From the NCBI GenBank assembly GCA_965223665.1, contig OZ245011.1, forward strand, positions 2,112,001 through 2,176,000: a stretch of 64,000 bases of DNA, in the 5' to 3' direction. The notes beneath the pieces are model-generated. The model had not been told where the DNA came from. It saw nothing but the letters and a program-made list of their open reading frames with translations, and searched no databases. How positions within the stretch are numbered: the stretch's first letter is position 1; every line of letters begins with the position of its first letter. The stretch comes from Nitrospinaceae bacterium (GTDB lineage Bacteria; Nitrospinota; Nitrospinia; Nitrospinales; Nitrospinaceae). Below, one piece after another: positions 9,451 to 20,081 of the stretch. The position numbers and the translations under genes were made by a program.

Positions 9451-11175
9451 ATGAACAGAAACCTCATTAAAAAACCAATCATTTTTTCCATAGCTATAGG
9501 CATGGGGTTCGCCATCATCGGGTGGGGATTGCCCATTCCGGTTCACGCTGAAGATAAAGTCAGCCAAGCGGGAAATCAGGCGGGAAATATTTCCGGAACT
9601 CAGGGTGATGTACATGTCGGAGATAACGTCACCGGCGATAAGGTGATGGGAGATAAAATTGGTATCACTCTCGCCGAGCATAAAGCGGAATTGGAAAAGG
9701 AAGTCCAAAAAGTAAAACAACAATTGGAGGCCGAATTTCAAAAAGGAAAACAAAGCGATCAAAAAGAAATTGGATACTTAAAGAGAATTCTGGTTCTCAC
9801 TGAAGGCCGCCTGCAAGATGTCAAAAACGATCTGGAAAAAACCAAAAAACTACTGGCGGAAACTAAAGAAGCCCTGGCGAAACAACCTTCCATACCTAGG
9901 GAACAACTGGCCGAAGCACAGACAAGCTTGAATGAAGGGAAAACCGAAAAAGCCGAAGCGCTGTTTCAACAAACCCTGGATCAAAGCGCCGATACTATCG
10001 AACAAGCTGCCGAAGCCGCATATCAGATTGGACGGTTAGCGGAAAACAAAATCGATTACCGCAAAGCTCTAGAATATTACGAACGCGCCGCACAACTGGA
10101 GCCAGAGAGTGGGAAATATTTAATTGCATTCGGATTTCTATACCGTGCTCTAGGAAACTATAACAAGGCCATTACCTATTATGAAAAAGCTTTAACTAAC
10201 GATCTAAAGATATTTGGTGCAAATCATCCCAACGTGGCCACCGATTGGAATAACCTGGGAGCGGCCTGGAAAGACAAAGGCAACTACGACAAAGCTATTG
10301 AGTATTTTGAGAAGGCAGTGGAAAGCTGGAAAAATTCCTTTGGAATCGAACATACAAATGTCGCCACTGGGTGGAACAACTTAGGATCAGCTTGGCAAAA
10401 CAAAGGTAATCTTAAACGAGCCATTGAGTTTTATGAGATGGCCTTGTCCAGCGATCTCAAAACTTTTGGCGAGAAACATTCAAATGTTGCTCGCGATTGG
10501 AACAATCTGGGAACAGCTTGGGATAGCAAGGCTAACTACGACAAAGCCATTGAATATTACAAGAAAGCAGTCGATAACTGGAAAAATTCCTTAGGAATTG
10601 AACATCCTTTAGTAGCCACAGGTTGGAACAACCTAGGATTGGCCTATGATAATAAAGGCCATTACGACAAAGCTATTGATTACTATGAAAAAGCCCTGGC
10701 CAGCAATCTCAAAACTTTAGGAGAAAATCATCCAGATGTTGCTACCCGCTGGAACAACCTAGGATTAGCCTGGAGCAATAAAGGCCACTATGACAAAGCC
10801 ATTGAATATTATGAGAAAGCAGTAGATAGCTGGGAAAATTCCTTAGGATTTAAACATTCTTTAGTTGCCACCGGTTGGAGCAATCTGGGAGGAGCTTGGT
10901 TTAGAAAAGGGAATTACGACAAAGCCCTGTTGTATTTAGAAAAAGCATTAGCCAGTGATTTAAATAATTTTGGACAGGACGATCTCAAAGTCGCCATTCG
11001 CTGGAATAACCTGGGAAAGATCTGGAATAGCAAGGGAAATTATGACAAATCCATTACCTATTATGAAAAAGCATTACCAGTTTTTAAAAAAATTTTAGGC
11101 AAGGATCACCCGAATGTGAAAACAGTGGAAAGAAACATCGTTTTCGCGCAAGAACAAAAATCAAAAAATAGATAA
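9451..11175 (+). CDS. Exported TPR protein (42-aa repeats), paralog of 7865
   Basis: Same WNNLG repeat; signal peptide; coiled coil. Confidence 0.9.
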   Translation: MNRNLIKKPIIFSIAIGMGFAIIGWGLPIPVHAEDKVSQAGNQAGNISGTQGDVHVGDNVTGDKVMGDKIGITLAEHKAELEKEVQKVKQQLEAEFQKGKQSDQKEIGYLKRILVLTEGRLQDVKNDLEKTKKLLAETKEALAKQPSIPREQLAEAQTSLNEGKTEKAEALFQQTLDQSADTIEQAAEAAYQIGRLAENKIDYRKALEYYERAAQLEPESGKYLIAFGFLYRALGNYNKAITYYEKALTNDLKIFGANHPNVATDWNNLGAAWKDKGNYDKAIEYFEKAVESWKNSFGIEHTNVATGWNNLGSAWQNKGNLKRAIEFYEMALSSDLKTFGEKHSNVARDWNNLGTAWDSKANYDKAIEYYKKAVDNWKNSLGIEHPLVATGWNNLGLAYDNKGHYDKAIDYYEKALASNLKTLGENHPDVATRWNNLGLAWSNKGHYDKAIEYYEKAVDSWENSLGFKHSLVATGWSNLGGAWFRKGNYDKALLYLEKALASDLNNFGQDDLKVAIRWNNLGKIWNSKGNYDKSITYYEKALPVFKKILGKDHPNVKTVERNIVFAQEQKSKNR

Positions 11176-11269
11176 CCAAATAATCCATGCCTTCTTTAGC
11201 TGTCCATAGGACATCTATTAAAGACAAACGGTTTCCAAAAGTTTAACTGCCACCCTTGTTACCGGAATT

Positions 11270-11722
11270 CTAATCTAAATATTCCTGGTATTTGTCCTGC
11301 TCCCTCGGGAGAGCCATGGCGAGGATGGGGAATGGCGGCATGTCTCGGTTACGGCAAATCCAGTAACTGATGCCATACGAAAGGACATAACCTAAAGCGA
11401 TTCCATATCCTAAAAATCCGATGGCGACGGAAAAGGAACCGGTCGGTCCTAAACGGTGCGCCATGAAAATGGAAAACAGGCAGAGTCCAACGGCAAAAGT
11501 GCTTCCGAGAAACCATCCGGCAAAGGCATACTCTTTGGGAATTCTTTTTTTCCAGATGGGATAGATCGAGGCGAGGATGATCATGTCCGCCATCATCGGT
11601 TCAGAAAACAGAAAGTTGCCGATCCGGTCGACGATCACCGCGGCCAAATGGTTGGCCAGAATGATCACGCCAATTTGTAATGCCAGTCTTAATAAAAATC
11701 CTTTTAATTTTTTCATTTCCAA
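11270..11722 (-). CDS. Membrane protein, paralog of 15861
   Basis: About 4 TM helices; PIWxK..FxGWxxGS..LGxTGSF shared. Confidence 0.7.
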   Translation of the reverse strand: MEMKKLKGFLLRLALQIGVIILANHLAAVIVDRIGNFLFSEPMMADMIILASIYPIWKKRIPKEYAFAGWFLGSTFAVGLCLFSIFMAHRLGPTGSFSVAIGFLGYGIALGYVLSYGISYWICRNRDMPPFPILAMALPREQDKYQEYLD

Positions 11723-11840
11723 TCCCTGGAAGCAGCGTGACGCTGTGGCCCCCGGCCACTGGGAGCATTCATCTTCAATGTGTTTCTTGCTAACCGGACG
11801 CTCAAAAACTTCTCAAATACTTTTCTTTTCGTATAGCCTA

Positions 11841-11897
11841 AAACCCCTGAAGGTCAATCACCCCAGCCCTCTTTAGGAAAGAGGGGGCACATCGGTC
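11841..11897 (+). repeat. REP-like repeat, short form
   Basis: AAACCCCTGAAGGTCAATCACCCCAGCCCTCTTTAGGAAAGAGGGGGCACATCGG with internal hairpin. Confidence 0.75.
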
Positions 11898-12264
11898 ATC
11901 TTTCTAAATTTATTGTAATTTGTTTCATAGTTACTATTAAGTAAAGCTCTCTTTAAAAGGTCTTTACCTTAGGCCAAATGGGCGTGCAAGTCAACGGTTC
12001 GAGCGAAATCAAAACCCTTGGTTTTGGCCCAATTGTTTTTATGCGAAATATTATTAAAATCGGCGACAGGATACCAGTTCAAAAAAGGCGAGTTAAATTT
12101 TCAGGATTTTCACAGGAAATATCCACTTCCCGATAGAAATCGCTTCCGCAAAATCTATTCGGGAAATTCTATTCCAATAAATGCGTTGGGAGGCAGTCCT
12201 CTTATCCGGATTCACCTCCCCGTTCGCTTATTTCAAAATCTGTAAGCCCGGTTCAGAGCTTGAG

Positions 12265-12825
12265 CTATTTGCTTTTAGACCGCTTTTTAAACCTTTTCTT
12301 CTTTTTATGCACATCTGCTTTTACTTTAGAGTTCGATGGTTTCTTTTTGTTCACAGATGAATTAGATTTTACAGATTTATGTTTACGCGGACTTCCTGTC
12401 ACCCCTCTCTTGAACTTATCCCAGAATCCCGCAGTTTGAACTCGCGAAACGATAGCCGCAGTTTCCATCGGCGAAGCGTAGGCTTCAGTGACCAAACTGA
12501 ACGAAGATTGTTGAGGTGCCGCTTCATCCATATTGGGCGGTGGAGCCAGATTGCTGGCATTAATCCAGGAGACAAAAAGAGCCGGTCCGTAAATGCCCAG
12601 TTGAAATATTTTGACTCGGCTTTTTTCTGTGTCATGGAGAAAAGCGATGATTCCACCAATAATACAGAGTACAAATCCCCTGACGCCATAACCCAGCGCA
12701 ACGGCTCCGTCTAAATCCGTCGAAAGATTATTAAAATCGTACGAAACCAGGTTCATCAGGGTGGGAACAAACCCACCCACCATGCCTATCATAATTCTGT
12801 CTTTATCATCGTCGCTGAATTGCAT
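12265..12825 (-). CDS. Membrane protein with basic C-terminal tail
   Basis: Three hydrophobic segments; GAGGAG RBS; Lys-rich tail. Confidence 0.7.
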   Translation of the reverse strand: MQFSDDDKDRIMIGMVGGFVPTLMNLVSYDFNNLSTDLDGAVALGYGVRGFVLCIIGGIIAFLHDTEKSRVKIFQLGIYGPALFVSWINASNLAPPPNMDEAAPQQSSFSLVTEAYASPMETAAIVSRVQTAGFWDKFKRGVTGSPRKHKSVKSNSSVNKKKPSNSKVKADVHKKKKRFKKRSKSK

Positions 12826-12898
12826 AACGTTTCTCCTCTTTTAATTGCTTTGTTTCAAGAAAAACAAGTTTGACTTCATATAAGGAAATACCCTTACA

Positions 12899-13969
12899 CT
12901 AATGGTCTTCAAATAAAGTACCGGCCCGCCAGTCGTCCCTTCCCGTAGCACTGGCACCCCTGCCTCCACTGATGCTGGAGGAGAATCCACTCGCTGTGTT
13001 TTCTTTGCCTCCGGTGATTGTGGCATAGGGACCTGAAATCACATTTTGTTGGCCGACTACAATACCGCCATAGCTGGAATAATTGTTTCCGTTACCCAGG
13101 ATTAAGTTGTGAGAGCCGGATTTATCGGGTTCAGGTGTTGGATCCATGGCATGTCGACCCCAAACAATATCTTCTCCGTAACCTACAATCAGGTTACCCA
13201 ATCCATTGACGGCAGGATTAGGGTCACAGAGTTCAATAAAAGAGGACCGACAATCAGGATCGCCATTCGTTGCTCCCAGGCCGTTCTCAACATGAATATT
13301 GACTCCTGTGAAATGGATGTCATTGCCATCACGTGTCACACCCGCCAATATAGCTTTCAGTTCATCAACTTCAGCCCGCAATTCTTCGATAGTCATCGAA
13401 CTGCTAGAATAAGTCACCTCCAATCTTGGGATCCTTGTCAAAGATTCTCGAGAATTCATATCAATACCATTGGAGGTTCCTGCGGTGCGAATGGTGATGC
13501 CGTTATTGACAAATCCACCGTCAATCCAGCCTTGCACCATATTCACACCATGTTCATTTAAATTAATCGTGATTTTCCCTAAGCTAAATGCAGGAATGAC
13601 TCCACGCACTAAAGCAGAGCCGGACAAATCACTCCAGTCCACCCTATCTTCATTCCATGGGGTGTTCTGTCGAATAATGTTATAAGCACCACTACTCGAA
13701 TCAAACAAATTCAAGGTAATGGACGCAGCGGTCACAATAGCGTCGGAAGGAATTGATGAAACATCCCATTTAATTAAAGCGGCGACTTCTCCACCGGATC
13801 CATCATTTCCATCTGCCAGCAAAAAATTTTCGTTCCCAAAATTACTATTGGGATCAGACTCACTGATATAACTGTCCTCCACGGCAAAGAATTGATCCGT
13901 CACCGCAAACGAATTGCCAGCTACAAACAGAAGAGTTAAAAATACCCACAAAGCCATTACCTTTTTCAT
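12899..13969 (-). CDS. Secreted DNRLRE/CBM96-like domain protein
   Basis: Signal peptide MKKVMAL; EDSYISESDPNSNFG, IKWDVSSIP, PRLEVTY; ends DDWRAGTLFEDH. Confidence 0.8.
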   Translation of the reverse strand: MKKVMALWVFLTLLFVAGNSFAVTDQFFAVEDSYISESDPNSNFGNENFLLADGNDGSGGEVAALIKWDVSSIPSDAIVTAASITLNLFDSSSGAYNIIRQNTPWNEDRVDWSDLSGSALVRGVIPAFSLGKITINLNEHGVNMVQGWIDGGFVNNGITIRTAGTSNGIDMNSRESLTRIPRLEVTYSSSSMTIEELRAEVDELKAILAGVTRDGNDIHFTGVNIHVENGLGATNGDPDCRSSFIELCDPNPAVNGLGNLIVGYGEDIVWGRHAMDPTPEPDKSGSHNLILGNGNNYSSYGGIVVGQQNVISGPYATITGGKENTASGFSSSISGGRGASATGRDDWRAGTLFEDH

Positions 13970-14219
13970 GATCAGTCCCTCCACTTTGATGTTTTAATAC
14001 CAATAGGAAGATAATTAATTCTTCAATTAAAATATACGGTTTAGATGGATAACTTAATATCGTTGGACCTATATTTTTGCTGTCCTATTTTGTTTTACAT
14101 AAGTGAGGCGCAGAAAGGGTAGAAGAGGAATTTGTGGAAGTTATGTATTAATGGTTAAACCGTGGGATGATCTTACCGGAGATCTTGGAAAAACTAATTT
14201 TCCGGTGGAGGCAAAGCGC

Positions 14220-14243
14220 CCGGCCCTGCATAGCAAGGCCGGG
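14220..14243 (-). terminator. Hairpin downstream of 14262..15548
   Basis: CCGGCC..GGCCGG stem. Confidence 0.45.
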
Positions 14244-14261
14244 TTGAATGAGTGATAAAAT

Positions 14262-15548
14262 TTAATTATCTTGAAACAAAGCACCAGCGACCCAGTCATG
14301 GTTTCCTAAAGCTGTTCGACCTAAGCCACCGCTGACATTGGACATTTGACCATTGGCGGTGTTATTTTGGCCTCCACTAACACTGGAGTAAGCTGCATTT
14401 GCTGAGTTACCTAAGCCGCCACTGATGCTTGTGTAATTTGAATAAGCGGAGTTGCGTAAACCACCACTGACATTAGACCAATTTCCATTTGCAAAATTGT
14501 CACGACCACCACTGACGCTATTGGCCAGCGCTCCGCTGGCTCTATTATTTTCTCCCCCATTGATACTTGAGTGGTTTCCACTGACCATGTTATCTCTGCC
14601 GCCACTGACACTGGAATAGCGACCCGATATCGCATTATCTTGGCCTACCACTAATCCACCAAAACTGGCATAGTTAAGCCCATGGCCGACCACAATATTA
14701 TGTGAACCGGATTTATCTGATATCACAGGTTGGCCATAGCCATCGAAAGGATCAATTTTTTCATCATAACCGACAATCAAATTGCCCAGCCCGTTGACAG
14801 TTCCGGTGGTGCTATCCGGGTCTTCCATATTGCCATTGGTAGCACCCAGGCCGTTTACGATTTTCAAATTCATTCCTTCAAACTGAAGCGTCGTCCCATT
14901 TCGGGTGACTCCTGATAAAAGGTCTTCCAAAAACGCCACGCGTTCGAGCAGATTTTGAACGACGGTGTCATAGGTCACTTCCAAAGTGGGGGGCGGTCCT
15001 GCCGATTCCTTAGAATCCATCATGATGCCGTTGTTGGTACCACCGGTTCGAATGATCAACCCGTTATTGGGAATGGAACCATCCACCCAACCCTGCACCA
15101 AAGCGACGCCGCTGGCATGTAAAACATGGGTCCCTAAACCAAACGTTAAAGGAGGCACGGTACCTAATAAGGTTCCTCCCTGATTAAGATCATTCCAGGT
15201 CACGGAGCCTTCGGTCCAGGCCGTGTCTTGTGAATAGATATTGTAAGTTCCCGAACTGGCGTCGGTATAATTGAAGGTCACCGAAACGCTGGTCACGGTT
15301 GAACCGGCTGGGATTGAAGACACGTCCCACTGAACCAACGTGACGACTTCCCCGAATCTACCGTTATCCGGATCTTGCGAAACTCCGTCGGCAAGGAGTT
15401 CCATTTCGGCTCCATAGTTCATAGTGGGAGAAGTGCTTCTCACATAACTGTCTTCAGGATTGGTGAACGTATCGGTCACCGCCAACGACGGTGTGCTGAT
15501 GCATAACGCCCACAATAAAAACATAGATAACGTTTTTACGAATTTCAT
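14262..15548 (-). CDS. Secreted DNRLRE/CBM96-like domain protein with long Gly/Asn repeat
   Basis: Signal peptide; EDSYVRSTSPTMNYG; about 8 SVSGGxxN repeats; ends DWVAGALFQDN. Confidence 0.8.
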   Translation of the reverse strand: MKFVKTLSMFLLWALCISTPSLAVTDTFTNPEDSYVRSTSPTMNYGAEMELLADGVSQDPDNGRFGEVVTLVQWDVSSIPAGSTVTSVSVTFNYTDASSGTYNIYSQDTAWTEGSVTWNDLNQGGTLLGTVPPLTFGLGTHVLHASGVALVQGWVDGSIPNNGLIIRTGGTNNGIMMDSKESAGPPPTLEVTYDTVVQNLLERVAFLEDLLSGVTRNGTTLQFEGMNLKIVNGLGATNGNMEDPDSTTGTVNGLGNLIVGYDEKIDPFDGYGQPVISDKSGSHNIVVGHGLNYASFGGLVVGQDNAISGRYSSVSGGRDNMVSGNHSSINGGENNRASGALANSVSGGRDNFANGNWSNVSGGLRNSAYSNYTSISGGLGNSANAAYSSVSGGQNNTANGQMSNVSGGLGRTALGNHDWVAGALFQDN

Positions 15549-15860
15549 GATCTCTCCTCCTCAAAACTCAGGTTTAAGATTTTCCGAACCGCCCATTTTT
15601 TGGTAGATGCCTAATCTGACATAGCCTAAATTGGTTGTCAACGGAAGAGAGCCATAAAACCTCTTATTTCTACCGGGTCAGTTTTGAGTATAAATAAATT
15701 TTGCTCGACAACGATTGTGCGAACTGGAAAGAAACCATCAGGTGGGTAGGAAAAGCATTGTTAAAGGTGCTTTTACCAATTTTGAAGAATCGGTTTTTAA
15801 TGAAAAGGTGTTTGCGGGGAGAATTGCCGAAGGTGGGGTGCATCGTCTCGGGAGAGGATT

Positions 15861-16280
15861 TTAATGTTTTTTTATTTCATCAGGTAATACGGAATACACA
15901 GAGGGGAGTGTGGATAGATTGGGCTGAGTTTTTCGGCGGCATACCAGATAGCTGACCCACAGAGGTAAAAGGAAACCCAAAAGAATTCCAAATCCCAAAA
16001 GTCCCATAGCCAAATTAAAGGAGCCGGTTTTTCCCAAACTGAACGCATAAATCCTTGAACCAAGAAAAACGACCAAGCCAACGGAACTTCCAAAAAGCCA
16101 ACCCAGGAATCGATTTCCTGTAGAAACATTCTTCATCCAGATGGGGAATAGAGAGCCAATGACGACGATATAAACCAGGGTCGGTCCGGAGAAACGAAAA
16201 TCACCGAGGTTGGTACTGACCAGGGCGGCGATTCCAATCGCAATTGCCGTCGCTCCAATTTGCAGTAACAAATTAATCAT
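15861..16280 (-). CDS. Membrane protein, paralog of 11270
   Basis: About 4 TM helices, shared motifs. Confidence 0.7.
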   Translation of the reverse strand: MINLLLQIGATAIAIGIAALVSTNLGDFRFSGPTLVYIVVIGSLFPIWMKNVSTGNRFLGWLFGSSVGLVVFLGSRIYAFSLGKTGSFNLAMGLLGFGILLGFLLPLWVSYLVCRRKTQPNLSTLPSVYSVLPDEIKKH

Positions 16281-16694
16281 TCTTTTCTCTCGAGTGTTTC
16301 TTAACTGTTTGCGAGAACAAACCCTTGGGATTCGCCTCGTTAAAATGGATTGGGCATAAATTAACCCAAAAAGGGTAACTTGTCAATAGAAGGATCCTAC
16401 ATTTATCACTCAACGGATGTCTTCAGGGAATGGGGATTTATGGTGAGTCTGGGTAAATAAAATAACTCCAATAAAATTAATTATTTAGCAAACATCGTCC
16501 GTTCCAAAAAATAAACTGAAGGAAAAGTGGCTGTCACTTTTCATCCTCCACCCCTCCTGCCAGTGGTTTTAGAACCGGGAATCTGGTATTCCATGATCCG
16601 AAACCCCCAGGGGAGTTATATCCTTTAAAGGTTTTGAGCGGATATTTTTTTAAACAAACTCGAGAGGAATTTATAATAGGGGAAAGCCAAACCG

Positions 16695-17438
16695 CTAAAG
16701 TTCCGTGGTTTCATTTTGTCCCGGCGTCGAGGAGGGTGCAGATAAAGAGGGGATGGAATTCGGCAAATCTTTGTCCAGTACCATAATGAAACTAACGATC
16801 GCTGCAAAAAATAATCCACACACCATGGCCAGGTAAGTCGTCCAATTGTAGTCGGGTAGAGGGAGAGTTCCACTATTATATAGAGATTGCGTCAATAGAG
16901 AGGTGACAAAATAAAAGCCTCCTCCCCCAACACTTGAAAAAGCCCAGGCATTCCATTTTTTTTTAAGACTCATTTCATCGGCCCAGACGGGATTGATGGA
17001 AGCAATGACCAGGATGGCGGCGATCACAATTATGTTTTTCCAGGCAAATTGACCGGATTCTCCCACCAGGGGAGTTGCTAAATAAAAGCCCATCATTAAA
17101 ACGGCCATTTGCAATAAATATTTCAGGGCAAAAGCATCCATCATTAGAATGAACGGATTCTCAATCGGCTTGGAGTAAATCAAGATGGATTTAATTAAAA
17201 ATGACACTAAAGCATACAACCCCGTAACCAAGGGGACCCAATAACCTAATTCCAGGTCGGCCAGACTCTCCAATTTGGATTCCCAAACCAAGAGCCCGAT
17301 CCCCCAGAGACTTCCCAAAAACATTGCAATCTTCCGGGACATTGCTAAAAACCCTGTGGCAACGCAACCGAAAATGGCCAGAATGTTAAAAGTAAAATCG
17401 AAGGCAAAGCCAATGTTCTCTCCAAGAGAAACTCCCAT
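16695..17438 (-). CDS. Multi-pass membrane protein
   Basis: About 7 hydrophobic segments; GGAG RBS. Confidence 0.7.
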   Translation of the reverse strand: MGVSLGENIGFAFDFTFNILAIFGCVATGFLAMSRKIAMFLGSLWGIGLLVWESKLESLADLELGYWVPLVTGLYALVSFLIKSILIYSKPIENPFILMMDAFALKYLLQMAVLMMGFYLATPLVGESGQFAWKNIIVIAAILVIASINPVWADEMSLKKKWNAWAFSSVGGGGFYFVTSLLTQSLYNSGTLPLPDYNWTTYLAMVCGLFFAAIVSFIMVLDKDLPNSIPSLSAPSSTPGQNETTEL

Positions 17439-17989
17439 CGTTCAATTTCTCCCTTCGGCTTTAAAAACTTGGGTCGGATACTGTTTCATTTTCGCTTTCA
17501 TAATGTCAGAATTTTTAATATCAAATCGCGAAGTCTGCGCTGAGGTTTGATGACTGGAATGCAATTTCAACTTACTTTCTATTCTACCAAAGTCGCCAGG
17601 GATTAGATATGCGAGATATACAAAAGCTTCTACTTAAGGGGTGGGCTTCATTCAAACACACATGAAGGAGGTTTTGTGGTCTTCTCTTATAAAAATACCT
17701 GAGCCTTTAGCGAAAATATTCTCAATTCCATCCTGCAAAAAACAAAAAACTCTCAAAAAAAAATAGTGGGCACTCTCCTTCCAAAGCCGCTCGCTGGAAG
17801 TCTTTTTGAGGTAAAACAACACACATTAATTAAGTAATAGCTTCCTTCTTTTAGGTGAAATAAAGAAAAAAAGATTATCAGAGAAACTTTTTTCCAAAGT
17901 TTGTTCTATAAAAAATATTGTTTTAGAGTACAATACTCGCAGACAAAGATGAGAGACAAACCTTAGACTTTTCATCCAAAAAAGGGGCA

Positions 17990-19603
17990 ATGGATAAACG
18001 AATCGAGGGTTTAATTACCAATGCCAAAATGTTGGCATCTACCGGATCCTACCAGGAAGCGATTTCTGTATTCAATCAGGCTATAGAAATTGATCCTACT
18101 AACATCGCCCTTTGGGTCAGCAAAGGCAACACCTTAATCAAAGCGGCCTTATACGAAGAAGCGCTCATTGTTTTCGAAACGATCTTCGTATTGAACCCAA
18201 ATTTCCATCTTCTCTGGAATCCATATCAAAATGAGTTTGTCGAATCTCTTATAGGTATCGATCCTAATGTATCTATTCACTTTCACGAAATAAAAGCCGA
18301 ATCCCTGACTTTAGACAGCTTATTGGAGCTGGTGATCATCAACAAGGTCAAGGAGGACTCGGAAGAAAGTGAGAACGAAGAATCTTCTCCTCCACCGGAA
18401 GACACAAAGGACACACCTGAAGAAAGTGACGACTTGCCAATAATTCCCAAGGAAGATCCTTCCGTTCCCCCTCTATATGTCAACGTCACTAAAGGACCGG
18501 GAAATAAAATAGGCGGCGACAAATTAATGGATGATAAGGTAGGCGAAGATAAGCTGGCCGATGAAAAAAAATTCAGTGGCAATAAACGACCCATCATCAC
18601 TGAAACCGATTCCGACATGAACTACAAAGTCGTTCGCACTTTTTTTGCCACCGATCGCAACCGTACCGAGAAGGACTCACCCAAAGACATGTTTGGGACG
18701 GAACGGTCCAGTCTCACCTACGGCGTGTGCGATGTCAGCATTCCCCGCAATCATACCATCGGAGAGTTGGAGTCACCTTCCATTTTACGGCTGGAGTTTC
18801 GCGAGGATCCGGAAAAACATGTGGTGTTACTAAAAACGGAGGTTAAAGAAAAGGAAGGGTTCTTTGGAGAAATTGCTCAATGCATTCAGGAAGGTAAAAC
18901 CAAAAATGCCTTTCTGTTTGTGCATGGTTACAATGTAACGTTTGAAGATGCCGCAAGAAGAACCGGGCAAATGGCTGCCGACCTCGATTTCGATGGCGCG
19001 CCGGTGTTTTACAGTTGGCCGTCACAGGGGAACTTTCCGTCCTATCTTATCGATTCACAAAACATCGAGTGGGCACAAACCAATCTAAAAAACTTTTTGC
19101 TGGAGTTTTTTGCGGACTCTACCGCTGACAATATTTATCTCATCGCCCACAGTATGGGCAACCGCGGGTTGACACGGGCCTTGATTGCGCTGCTTAAAGA
19201 AAAGCCGGAGTACAAGGAAAAATTAAAGGAAGTGATCCTGACCGCACCGGACATCGACGCCGATGTGTTCAAGCGGGATATTGCCCCCGCGCTTAGCCAA
19301 TCGGGAAAACCCATCACGCTTTACGCCTCTTCCAAGGACAAAGCGTTGATCGCCTCCAAAAAAGTCAACGGCCACCCCCGCGCCGGGGACTCAGGTGAAG
19401 GATTGTTGATCCTTCCCGGAATGGAAACCATCGATGCCACCGGGGTCGATACCGGTTTCCTCAAACACTCCTATTTCGCCGAGAGAAAATCCGTTTTGTC
19501 AGACATTTATTATATTGTCCAAAAAGGAATCCGCGCCGACGACCGCTTCGGCCTCGAACGCAAAGACACCCCCACCGGCCCCTACTGGGAATTTAGAGTT
19601 TGA
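17990..19603 (+). CDS. TPR plus alpha/beta hydrolase (DUF900-type esterase)
   Basis: FFATDR, LFVHGYN, YSWPS, IAHSMG nucleophile elbow, APDID, terminal HSYF. Confidence 0.85.
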   Translation: MDKRIEGLITNAKMLASTGSYQEAISVFNQAIEIDPTNIALWVSKGNTLIKAALYEEALIVFETIFVLNPNFHLLWNPYQNEFVESLIGIDPNVSIHFHEIKAESLTLDSLLELVIINKVKEDSEESENEESSPPPEDTKDTPEESDDLPIIPKEDPSVPPLYVNVTKGPGNKIGGDKLMDDKVGEDKLADEKKFSGNKRPIITETDSDMNYKVVRTFFATDRNRTEKDSPKDMFGTERSSLTYGVCDVSIPRNHTIGELESPSILRLEFREDPEKHVVLLKTEVKEKEGFFGEIAQCIQEGKTKNAFLFVHGYNVTFEDAARRTGQMAADLDFDGAPVFYSWPSQGNFPSYLIDSQNIEWAQTNLKNFLLEFFADSTADNIYLIAHSMGNRGLTRALIALLKEKPEYKEKLKEVILTAPDIDADVFKRDIAPALSQSGKPITLYASSKDKALIASKKVNGHPRAGDSGEGLLILPGMETIDATGVDTGFLKHSYFAERKSVLSDIYYIVQKGIRADDRFGLERKDTPTGPYWEFRV

Positions 19604-19610
19604 GATTAAG

Positions 19611-19985
19611 CTAAGATTCTTTTTTGAGGATTTGGAGGATTTGGTCCCACTGTTTGCGAAACTCGGCATCAAGGCGTGCATGTTCGTTGTCCAGGTGACG
19701 CTGTTGAAAAAATTCCACCTGATTTTTGAGCGCAGCCATTTTTTCCGAATTCTTCTGCACAATCTCAGAATTCTTGCGGGTCAATTCCTGCAACGTTCGC
19801 ACCTGCTCTTTCACACCGCTGATAATGACCTGCGACGTGATCAGTGTCGACCCGCCCCAACCCACTAATCCCAAAAATGCAATTGTAAGAATTTCTCCAA
19901 TCTTTCGACTGCTGATTCCGCCACCGTTACCATTTGGTGCAGCAACTCCACGATCACATGATACATCATTGATCCTGTCTCCCAT
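19611..19985 (-). CDS. Small single-TM coiled-coil protein after the tail fibre (possible phage lysis/accessory gene)
   Basis: One TM helix plus coiled coil; position at the end of the structural module. Confidence 0.55.
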   Translation of the reverse strand: MGDRINDVSCDRGVAAPNGNGGGISSRKIGEILTIAFLGLVGWGGSTLITSQVIISGVKEQVRTLQELTRKNSEIVQKNSEKMAALKNQVEFFQQRHLDNEHARLDAEFRKQWDQILQILKKES

Positions 19986-20081
19986 GAACCATCCTACTCC
20001 CAGTTAAAAATGATTCGCTATGATTCGAGAATCTTTTCCTGTTTTAACTTCCAGCATGGTTCGAGATTCCTTCCTTCTCCG

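Noticed and set aside
8580-11100. 126-bp DNA periodicity
   Set aside because: Explained by the 42-aa TPR coding repeats
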